Source: Verrucomicrobiota bacterium
GTDB taxonomy: Bacteria > Verrucomicrobiota > Verrucomicrobiia > Methylacidiphilales > UBA1321
Assembly (NCBI GenBank): GCA_038745425.1
Contig: JBCDLL010000007.1
Span: forward strand, 1,688-65,687
DNA: 64,000 nt
Direction: 5' to 3'
This document shows positions 26,027 through 34,137 of the stretch, one piece after another. Each line of letters starts with the position of its first letter. The first letter of the stretch is position 1. The notes beneath the pieces were generated by a model, which saw only the letters and a program-made list of their open reading frames with translations, searched no databases and was not told where the DNA came from. A program made the translations under genes and the position numbers.

Positions 26027-27247
26027 ATGTCCCTCATCGTCCAGAAGTACGGCGGCTCGAGCGTGAAGAGCGCGGAGCGCATCCAGGCCGTGGCCGCGCG
26101 CGTCAAGAGCTGGCGCGACCGGGGCCACCAGGTGGTCGCCGTCGTCAGCGCGATGGGCGGGGTCACCGACGGGCTCATCCGGCTGGCGCGCGAGGTCAAC
26201 CCGCAGCCGAGCGAGCGCGAGATGGACATGCTCCTGGCCACCGGCGAGCAGACCACCATCGCTCTGCTGGCGATGGCCCTGCACACCCTCGGCGCGGACG
26301 CCGTCAGCCTGACCGGCGCGCAGGCCGGCATCGCCGTGGGCGGGCTCCACACCCGGGCCAAGATCGCCAACATCACCCCCGAGCGCATCCACGAGTACCT
26401 GGACCAGGGCAACATCGTGACGGTGGCCGGCTTCCAGGGCGCCAGCGCCGAAGGCAACATCATGACGCTGGGCCGCGGCGGCAGCGACCTGACCGCCATC
26501 GCTCTGGCCGCCGCGCTCAAGGCCGACCTTTGCCAGATTTACACCGACGTCGACGGCGTCTACACCGCCGACCCGCGCGTGGTGCCGCACGCCCGCAAAA
26601 TTCCGGAGCTGAGCTACGACGAAATGCTGGAGATGGCCTCGAGCGGCTCCAAGGTCATGCAGTCGCGCTCGGTGGAGTTCGCCAAGAAATTCGGCGTCGT
26701 TTTTGAAGTCCGCAACAGTTATAACGAGAATCCCGGAACCACCGTGAAAGAAGAATACCTCTCCATGGAGCGCGTCGTGCTGCGCGGCGTCAGCGTTGAA
26801 AAAGACCAGGCCAAGGTCACCATCGCCGGCGTGCCGGACCGGCCGGGCGAGGCGGCCCGCCTTTTCGTCGCGCTGGCCGACGCCGAAATCAACGTCGACA
26901 TGATCGTCCAGAACGTCAGCGCCGAGAGCCTGACCGACATCACCTTCACCATCCCCAAGGACGACCTGAGCGGCGCCCGCGCCGTACTCGCGCCGATCAT
27001 CGACGACCTCGGCTGCAAGGGCCTGGTCGCGACCGAAGGCATCTGCAAGCTCTCCGTGGTGGGCATCGGGATGCGCTCCCACTCGGGCGTGGCCGCCACG
27101 CTCTTCAAGGCGCTCTCGGAGGCCGGGGTTAACATCCAGATGATCTCCACTTCGGAGATCAAAATCTCGGTCGTGATCGACCAGGCCAAAATGGAAACCG
27201 CCACCCGGGCTTCCCACGACGCCTTCGGCCTCGGCGGCGACGCCTAG
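26027..27247 (+). CDS. lysC: aspartate kinase
   Basis: MSLIVQKYGGSSV, kinase core ...TLGRGGSDLTA..., and two C-terminal ACT domains. Confidence 0.95.
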   Translation: MSLIVQKYGGSSVKSAERIQAVAARVKSWRDRGHQVVAVVSAMGGVTDGLIRLAREVNPQPSEREMDMLLATGEQTTIALLAMALHTLGADAVSLTGAQAGIAVGGLHTRAKIANITPERIHEYLDQGNIVTVAGFQGASAEGNIMTLGRGGSDLTAIALAAALKADLCQIYTDVDGVYTADPRVVPHARKIPELSYDEMLEMASSGSKVMQSRSVEFAKKFGVVFEVRNSYNENPGTTVKEEYLSMERVVLRGVSVEKDQAKVTIAGVPDRPGEAARLFVALADAEINVDMIVQNVSAESLTDITFTIPKDDLSGARAVLAPIIDDLGCKGLVATEGICKLSVVGIGMRSHSGVAATLFKALSEAGVNIQMISTSEIKISVVIDQAKMETATRASHDAFGLGGDA

Positions 27248-28326
27248 GCCTCCTTCTTGGGATGGCCCATCGGCAGGGCCTCGGCACCGTCCCGCTTGGC
27301 GTTGGGCGGCACACTGGGGCCATCAATCCAGACGCCTTCGTTCAGCATGTACTTCTGCGCCGTTGGGATGCCTCGTTCGTTGCGGAAAATCTGGCCCGAA
27401 ACCAAATCCACCAGATTGGCGCCGGTGAGTTCGATCCGCTGGTAAAGACCGCCGATGTGCTTCCAAGGCTTGCTCCAGAAGGGGGTCAAAAAGGCCATCT
27501 CCGCCGGGACGCGCACGCCCATGAGCCCGAGAACATGCCAAACGTTGCCCTCGCCGATGATCACCTCCGGTTCGTGCCGCTCAATCCACCGGCGGATGCG
27601 TTCGTCCTGGGCCGGGCTCGAGTCCCAGCTCTCCAGACGCAGGGACCTGAGCCAGCCGGGCCGCGGCCAGTCCGGCGCCAGGGCGTCGAACGCGGCGAAG
27701 TAGGCGTAATCCGCCAGGTAGTCCTGCTGGCGGGAGAGAATCATGGCCACCCGCCGGTAACCCAGCTGGCGCAGGCGATCCACCATTAGCCGCACGCCGT
27801 GTACGTGGTGGCAGGCCGCGTGGTGCAGCGGCAGCTCCGGCAGACGCGCGCCCCAGGTGGCCACGGCAAAGGCGCTCCAGTCCATCCCGCGCAGGGCCTC
27901 CGGCGTCAGCTCACGGGGGTTGAAGATAAAGCCCGGGATGCCTCGGTTTTTGAGCAACTTCTCGAACTGGGTAAAGTCGTGGCCGTAGTCGCCAAGCCAA
28001 AATTCCTCCAGGCCAAAGCCAAGGCTCTCCGCCCGCTGGCGGGCCGCCTTCACACAAAGCCGGTGGACGTACAAGGGGTGGCCGGCGCGCCCGTACGGCA
28101 CCACAAAGCCCAGCGTGGCCTGGTAGCGCGGCCTCCGGGTGGAGCGCACGTGCGCCACGTAAGCGGAGGCGAAGGGATTCGGCTTCCAGCCCATCGCTTT
28201 GGCCTGCTTGAGAATGCGGCGGCGCGTCGGAGCCGGGATGGAGTGGTTGCGCGAAAGCGCACGGGAGACGGTCGAGAGGTGCACGCCGCAGGCTTTGGCG
28301 ATCTCGCGCAGGGTGGGCTGCTTCAT
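27244..28326 (-). CDS. LacI family transcriptional regulator
   Basis: N-terminal HTH TLREIAKACGVHLSTVSRALS followed by a periplasmic-binding-protein-like effector domain. Confidence 0.9.
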   Translation of the reverse strand: MKQPTLREIAKACGVHLSTVSRALSRNHSIPAPTRRRILKQAKAMGWKPNPFASAYVAHVRSTRRPRYQATLGFVVPYGRAGHPLYVHRLCVKAARQRAESLGFGLEEFWLGDYGHDFTQFEKLLKNRGIPGFIFNPRELTPEALRGMDWSAFAVATWGARLPELPLHHAACHHVHGVRLMVDRLRQLGYRRVAMILSRQQDYLADYAYFAAFDALAPDWPRPGWLRSLRLESWDSSPAQDERIRRWIERHEPEVIIGEGNVWHVLGLMGVRVPAEMAFLTPFWSKPWKHIGGLYQRIELTGANLVDLVSGQIFRNERGIPTAQKYMLNEGVWIDGPSVPPNAKRDGAEALPMGHPKKEA

Positions 28327-28683
28327 TGACGGTGCAACTTGTTGCGCCGAGCTGAAAATGTCAATCCAATCCGGCGGCCGGTGAGCGGCCCCTGGAGCTT
28401 ATGACAAAAGTCCCACGCGGCCCGCGTTGCGAGGAGTTTTCCTCCGTCGCTAGGAGAGAGGAAAGAGCAGGTATCAAATATACCTGTGACTGACGAACAA
28501 CAACGCCACGGCGGAAAAGAACGGCAACCTTTTCAAGGCCAGTGTCTTTTGGCCACTGGGCGCTGCTAGCGCAGGGCAGCACTTAACCGTTCGAAAAAAG
28601 CTGCCCTCCGCCAGGAGTCGTTGCGCCTAGCCCCGCGACCAAAATCCAACTGGCGCGGGTACGCGGGACTTTTGCAACAAGCT

Positions 28684-30177
28684 CTAAGCGGTTTCCGGCT
28701 GCGAACGCCGGGCGTCGAAGATGGAAATGGTCCGCCAGGGACCCCAGACCCAGCGAGCCCAAAGCACCAGGCTCAGCGGGATGATGTAGACCATGCCCAT
28801 CAGCCACGGCCCCCAGGATTCCAGCGCGGGTACATAGGTGGCCACCAGCACGCCGCCGCCGATGAAGATGCTCACGCACATCACCCCGGTCACCACCGCC
28901 GGCCAGAGCGTGTCCCCCGCCCCGCGCAGGGCGTTGACGAAGACGATACCGATGGCGTCGAACGCCTGGAAGATGCCCGCAATGATGAAGACGCCCGCGC
29001 CAATGTGAATAATCTCCGTCGCGTCGGGTTCGCCCGTCTTGACGAAGAGGTCGATCAGTTGCTCGCGAAAGAGGACAAAACCGATGGCCATCAACACCAT
29101 GTAGGCAATGCAGAGCCGGAAAGCGGTGTAGGCGTGTTGGTTGGCCGTCTCCGGATCGCCCGACCCAATCGCACGGCCCACCAGCGCCTGCAACACCTGG
29201 CCCACCCCGACCGCCGGCATGAAGGAGAGATGCATGTAGCGCACCACGATGGTCGTCGCCGCCAAATGCACCGTGCCGAACCAGCCCACCAGCCAGACCA
29301 GCGCCACGCCCCAGCTCATCAAATCGAAGAGAATCTGCAGCCCGGTCGGGAAGCCGATGCGAACCATCTCCCACATGGCGCGCCACTCCACCCGCACCCG
29401 CCGCGTAAGGAAGGCGCTGGCGCGCGCGCCGGTCAGAAAATGAACGAGCAGGGCGAGGCACTGCGCCGCGGTAGCCAGCACCGTGCCCCAGGCCGCACCG
29501 GCGAAACCCAGCTCCGGGAAGCCGAAGTGGCCGAAGATGAGCACGTAGTTGAGCCCAATGTTCAGAATGGCCCCGCCCGCGGCGAACCAGAAGAGGAGTC
29601 CCGGCCGGTGGATGCCGATGTAGAAATTCGAAAGCGCCTGCAAGACCAGAAAGACGCCGCCGCTCAAGAGGCAGATCTGGAAGTACTCCACCTCCAGCGC
29701 TTGCACCGCCGCGCTGTGGCCCAGTTGCGCGAAGATGGCCGGCGCCAGCGGCCAAAGCGCCAAGACCGCCGTGCCGTAGAGCGCCGCCAGGATAATGCCC
29801 TGCCAGGTGTAGTGTCCGCATCCGGGGAAGTCTGTCTTACCCAGACATTGCGCGACAAACGTGTTGATGCTCGAGAGGAAGCCGTAGGCGAACGCGATCG
29901 GAATCCAAAAGACCAGCCCCGCCGGCAAGATTGCCGCCAGCGCGTCCGCGCCCAGCTCCTTGACCATGAACGCGTCGGTGAATTGCATGACCACGTGCGT
30001 GGTCTGGATCGCCACCATCGGCGCTGCCAGTTTGATCAGATTCCAAACGCCGGGCGGGGTCGGCGGTTCCTCAAGCAGCCCGCGCGACGCAGCGGCGGCG
30101 TCCGGCGGTACGGCCGACGCAAGCGACGGCTCGTCCGCCGGCTCGGGAAGAGCCGGGCTGTCGGAATCGGGTTTCAT
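28684..30177 (-). CDS. MATE family efflux transporter
   Basis: Roughly 12-TM protein with a typical MATE N-terminus: ...IKLAAPMVAIQTTHVVMQFTDAFMV. Start is at the internal ATG MKPDSD. Confidence 0.9.
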   Translation of the reverse strand: MKPDSDSPALPEPADEPSLASAVPPDAAAASRGLLEEPPTPPGVWNLIKLAAPMVAIQTTHVVMQFTDAFMVKELGADALAAILPAGLVFWIPIAFAYGFLSSINTFVAQCLGKTDFPGCGHYTWQGIILAALYGTAVLALWPLAPAIFAQLGHSAAVQALEVEYFQICLLSGGVFLVLQALSNFYIGIHRPGLLFWFAAGGAILNIGLNYVLIFGHFGFPELGFAGAAWGTVLATAAQCLALLVHFLTGARASAFLTRRVRVEWRAMWEMVRIGFPTGLQILFDLMSWGVALVWLVGWFGTVHLAATTIVVRYMHLSFMPAVGVGQVLQALVGRAIGSGDPETANQHAYTAFRLCIAYMVLMAIGFVLFREQLIDLFVKTGEPDATEIIHIGAGVFIIAGIFQAFDAIGIVFVNALRGAGDTLWPAVVTGVMCVSIFIGGGVLVATYVPALESWGPWLMGMVYIIPLSLVLWARWVWGPWRTISIFDARRSQPETA

Positions 30178-30280
30178 GAGGGCGGGACATAGGCAGAACG
30201 AGCGGAATCGCGCGTGCATAGAACGCTAGCACAGGCGAGCACGCCAACCACAAGCTAATTCCCCTCCGGGCGTAGAAGGG

Positions 30281-30605
30281 GTAGCCGTCGATGTCCCGAT
30301 CGACGCAGACGATAAAGAAAGGCGAACGCAACCCAACGGAGGGCGGAGCTCCTGCTCCGCCGGGATAAACAGACAGACTCCCGATTCCGCCGCTCGGGGA
30401 TGCCGACTGCTAGGTCCGGCGGCTACCGGGCTTCGGCGAAAATCAACGCAACTCATGGTAGCTGTCGATGTCCCGATCGACGGGGACGATAAAAAACAGG
30501 CCAACGCAACCCAACGGAGGGCGGAGCTCCTGCTCCGCCGGGATAAACAGACAGATTCCCGATTCCGCCGCTGGGGGATGCCGGCTGCCAGGTCCGGCGG
30601 CTACC
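30281..30605. repeat. intergenic nested-hairpin repeat cluster, locus C (two tandem H3-H1-H2 units, period ~177 bp)
   Basis: Units at 30281-30429 and 30458-30605 are nearly identical. H1 lies at 30338-30361 and 30516-30539. The last unit ends on the stop codon of the downstream-facing DHS-like gene. Confidence 0.9.
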
Positions 30606-31578
30606 ACCCCAAAATGTGCGCGAACATCAGGGGCGCGACGATGGTGGCATCGCTCTCCACGATGAACTTGGGCGTGTCCTCGCCCAGCTTGCCCCAAGTG
30701 ATTTTCTCGTTGGGCACCGCGCCGGAGTAGCTCCCGTAGCTGGTGGTGGAATCACTGATCTGGCAAAAATACCCCCAGAGTGGCACGCCCGTGCGCTCCA
30801 AATCCTGATGCAGCATCGGCACCACGCAGATGGGAAAATCGCCCGCAATGCCGCCGCCGATCTGGAAAAAACCGACCGACTGCCGCGGCGCCGTCGCGCT
30901 GTACCACTCCGCCAGGCGAATCATGTACTCGATCCCGCCGCGAACGGTGTGAACGTTCCTGACGTCACCCCGAATGCAGGCCGCCGCGTACATGTTTCCC
31001 AGGGTGGCGTCCTCCCAGCCGGGCACAAAGAGAGGCAGGTCGCGCTCCGCCGCCGCCACCAGCCAGGAGTTGCGCGGGTCGATCTGGTAGCTGGGCGCGA
31101 GCTGGCCGCTGCGCAGCAAATCGTAGAGAAACTCGTGGGGAAACTTCGACTCGCCGGCCGCGTCGGCGGCCTTCCAATCCTCCAGCACGGCGGACTCGAT
31201 CCGGCGCATCGCTTCGGCTTCCGGGATGCAGGTGTCGGTCACGCGGTTGAGGTGGCGCTCCAGGAGAACCTGCTCGTCAGCGGGGGTGAGGTCGCGGTAC
31301 TGGGGCACGCGCTCGTAGTGCTCGTGCGCAACGAGGTTGAAGACATCCTCCTCCAGGTTGGCCCCCGTGCAGCAAATGGCGCCGATCTTTCCCTGGCGGA
31401 TCATCTCCGCCAGCGAGAGCCCCAGCTCGGCCGTGCTCATGGCGCCGGCCAGGGTCACCAACATCTGCCCGCCCGACTCCAAGTGCGCGGCGTAGGCCTT
31501 GGCGGCATCGACGAGCGCCGCCGCGTTAAAGTGGCGGTAATGATGCTCGATAAACTGGGAGATCGGGCCGGTGCTCAT
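30601..31578 (-). CDS. deoxyhypusine synthase-like protein (homospermidine synthase-like)
   Basis: Start at MSTGPISQFIEHHYRHFNAAAL. TLAGAMSTAELG and CCTGANLEEDVF are typical of the DHS family. Confidence 0.85.
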   Translation of the reverse strand: MSTGPISQFIEHHYRHFNAAALVDAAKAYAAHLESGGQMLVTLAGAMSTAELGLSLAEMIRQGKIGAICCTGANLEEDVFNLVAHEHYERVPQYRDLTPADEQVLLERHLNRVTDTCIPEAEAMRRIESAVLEDWKAADAAGESKFPHEFLYDLLRSGQLAPSYQIDPRNSWLVAAAERDLPLFVPGWEDATLGNMYAAACIRGDVRNVHTVRGGIEYMIRLAEWYSATAPRQSVGFFQIGGGIAGDFPICVVPMLHQDLERTGVPLWGYFCQISDSTTSYGSYSGAVPNEKITWGKLGEDTPKFIVESDATIVAPLMFAHILGW

Positions 31579-31631
31579 CGTCAGATCATGCCAAAAACGC
31601 CGCCCGCGGGGAAGGACCGGCGCCCTACCCC

Positions 31632-32639
31632 TTACTGCTCCTTCTTGTCGAAGGCCGCGTCGAAGACGACGTCGCTGGGCTTGAAGTCGATCGTCTTGAC
31701 GAAGGCGGCCGCCTCGGTCGCGCCGTGCTCGCGGTCCATGCCCGGGTCCTCCCACTCGACCGAAAGCGGCCCCGCGTAGCCGACCTCGTTCAGCGCGCGA
31801 ATGATCGGCTCGAAGTCGACGTCGCCGTGGCCAGGCGAGCGAAAATCCCAGTAGCGGCGCCGGTCGCCCCAAGCCAGATGCCCGCCAAAGACGCCGCTCT
31901 CCTTCGGCTGGGCGGACCAGGCGGCGTCCTTGACGTGACAGTGGAAGATGCGCTCGCCGAAGCGATAGATGAACTCCACGTAGTCGACGCCCTGGTAACC
32001 GAAGTGGCTCGGGTCGTAGTTGAAGCCGAAGGCGGGGTGGCCGTCGACCGCTTCGATCGCGCGTTCGGCGGTGGCGAGGTCGAAGGCGATCTCGGTCGGG
32101 TGGACCTCCAGGGCGAACTTCACGCCCTCCTTCTCGAAGGCGTCCAGGATCGGCTTCCAGCGTTGGCCGAAATCCGCGAAGCCGTCGTCGATCATCTTGG
32201 GCGTGACCGGCGGGAAGGCGTAAAGCAGCGGCCAGATCGAACTGCCGGTGAAGCCGTTGACTACCTTGACGCCAAACTTTTTCGCCGCCTGGGCCGTGCG
32301 GATCATTTCCTCCGCCGCGCGCTCCCGCACGCCCTCAGGCTTGCCGTCGCCCCAAATCTCCGGCGTCAGGATGGATTCATGGCGCTCGTCGATGCGGTCG
32401 CAAACGGCCTGGCCAACGAGGTGGTTGCTGATCGCCCAGCAGCCGAGACCGTGCTTCTTGAGCTGCGCCTTCTTGGCCTTCACGTAGCCGCTATCGTCAA
32501 GCGCCTTGCCCACCTCAAAGTGGTCGCCCCAGCAGGCCAGTTCGATGCCGTCATAGCCGAACGCGGCGGTTTTTTCGCACATGGTTTCCGCGGGCAAATC
32601 TGCCCACTGGCCGGTGAAAAGCGTGACGGGACGTGCCAT
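31632..32639 (-). CDS. sugar phosphate isomerase/epimerase (xylose isomerase-like TIM barrel)
   Basis: The ATG at 32639 gives [12 protein letters not shown].... The [15 protein letters not shown] and [12 protein letters not shown] patterns match the AP_endonuc_2 family. Confidence 0.85.
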   Translation of the reverse strand: MARPVTLFTGQWADLPAETMCEKTAAFGYDGIELACWGDHFEVGKALDDSGYVKAKKAQLKKHGLGCWAISNHLVGQAVCDRIDERHESILTPEIWGDGKPEGVRERAAEEMIRTAQAAKKFGVKVVNGFTGSSIWPLLYAFPPVTPKMIDDGFADFGQRWKPILDAFEKEGVKFALEVHPTEIAFDLATAERAIEAVDGHPAFGFNYDPSHFGYQGVDYVEFIYRFGERIFHCHVKDAAWSAQPKESGVFGGHLAWGDRRRYWDFRSPGHGDVDFEPIIRALNEVGYAGPLSVEWEDPGMDREHGATEAAAFVKTIDFKPSDVVFDAAFDKKEQ

Positions 32640-32736
32640 GGCTCCCAATCAACCAGAAGGCGGCGGCATTGCAAGCAAGGCCACCGGCGAGCCACGCCTT
32701 TTTTGGCAGAGCGCCGTGGCAGGGCTAGAATAAGCA

Positions 32737-34104
32737 GTGCCGTTTACCACCCACAACCCCACCACCGGCGAGTCGCTGGCCGAGTACCCGGAAACCACCG
32801 GCGCGGAGGCCGCCGCCGCCACCGAGCGGGCGTCCCTCGCGCAGGAAGCCTGGCGCGAAACCGGTTTCGCCGAGCGGGGCGGATATCTGCTCCGGTTGGC
32901 GGACGCGATGGAGGCTGATCAGTCCGAACTGGCCGCCCTGGCCGCGCGGGAGATGGGCAAGCCGGTGGCCGAGGCCCGGGGCGAAATCAAAAAATGCGCG
33001 CTGCTGGCCCGCCACGCGGCCGGGCACGCCGCCGTCTACCTGGCGGACGAGCCCGTCGCGACCGAGGCCCGCGCCAGTTATATCCGTTACGAGCCGCTCG
33101 GCGTCATCCTGGCCATCATGCCCTGGAACTTCCCCTACTGGCAAATCTGCCGCTGCGCCTTCCCTGCGCTCATGGCCGGCAACGCCGTTCTGGTCAAACC
33201 GGCGCCGGAGACCATCGGCTGTGCCGAGCGACTGCAACAACTGGCACACGACGCCGGCTGGCCGGAGCACCTCATGCAGACCGTTTTGACGAGCAACGAC
33301 ACCACCGCCGAGATCATCCGCCACCCAGCCGTGCACGGCGTCGCGCTGACCGGAAGCACCGAGGCCGGCCGCGCGGTCGGGGCGGTGGCGGGCGCGGCGC
33401 TCAAGCCGGTCGTGCTTGAACTCGGCGGCAGCGACCCCTACCTCATCCTGGCCGACGCCGACCTGGAAGCCGCCGTCGAAGCCACCGTCGCCAGCCGGAT
33501 GATCGCCGGCGGGCAGTGCTGCGTGTCGGCCAAGCGCCTGGTCGTCGAGCGGCCGGTAGCGGCGAATTTCGAGCGGCTGGTGGTGGAGAAAATGCGGGAA
33601 TCCCGAATGGGCGATCCGCTGGAGGAGGAGGTCACCCTCGGGCCGCTCGCCCGGGCCGACCTGCGCGACCACCTCCACCAACAGGTGCAGGCCAGCCTGG
33701 CCGCGGGAGCGCAGCTTTTGCTCGGCGGCCAAATTCCCGATGGCGCGGGCTACTTCTACCCGGCCACGGTGGTCGCCGGCGTCCTGCCCGGCATGCCGCT
33801 TTTCGAGGAGGAGACCTTTGGCCCGGTCGCCGCGATCACCGAAGCCGAGGACGCCGAACACGCCATCGCGCTGGCCAACCAGACCGCCCACGGCCTGGGC
33901 GCGGGCGTGTTTACCCGCGACGTCGAACGGGGCCGCGAGATCGCCGCCCGGCGCCTGCAGGCGGGGGCGGTCGCCGTCAACACCTTCGTCAAAAGCGACC
34001 CGCGCCTCCCTTTTGGCGGCATCGGCGCCAGCGGCCACGGCCGCGAGCTGGGCGCGCTCGGCATGCGGGAATTCTGCAACGCCAAAAGCGTCTGGGTCAG
34101 CTAG
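32737..34104 (+). CDS. NAD(P)-dependent aldehyde dehydrogenase (succinate-semialdehyde dehydrogenase-like)
   Basis: GTG start. ELGGSDP and GGQCCVSAKR (catalytic Glu and Cys), and a C-terminal PFGGIGASGHGRE. Confidence 0.9.
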   Translation: MPFTTHNPTTGESLAEYPETTGAEAAAATERASLAQEAWRETGFAERGGYLLRLADAMEADQSELAALAAREMGKPVAEARGEIKKCALLARHAAGHAAVYLADEPVATEARASYIRYEPLGVILAIMPWNFPYWQICRCAFPALMAGNAVLVKPAPETIGCAERLQQLAHDAGWPEHLMQTVLTSNDTTAEIIRHPAVHGVALTGSTEAGRAVGAVAGAALKPVVLELGGSDPYLILADADLEAAVEATVASRMIAGGQCCVSAKRLVVERPVAANFERLVVEKMRESRMGDPLEEEVTLGPLARADLRDHLHQQVQASLAAGAQLLLGGQIPDGAGYFYPATVVAGVLPGMPLFEEETFGPVAAITEAEDAEHAIALANQTAHGLGAGVFTRDVERGREIAARRLQAGAVAVNTFVKSDPRLPFGGIGASGHGRELGALGMREFCNAKSVWVS

Positions 34105-34137
34105 CCGAAGCCCCGGCCTCTGGTTCGGAAAGCCGCC

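Noticed and set aside
25616-27217. 533-aa minus-strand ORF antisense to lysC. Similar long antisense or alternate-frame ORFs are 535..1605(-), 2474..4069(+), 5236..6246(+), 16354..17853(+), 20298..22061(+), 28621..30192(+), 32725..34038(-), 34222..35772(+), 48948..50858(-), 50816..53218(+), 53659..56241(-), 59205..60527(-) and 60917..62056(-).
   Set aside because: All overlap genes with strong family motifs on the other strand or frame. Their translations are Arg/Gly/Ala/Pro/His-rich low-complexity strings, typical of stop-codon-poor antisense frames in high-GC DNA.
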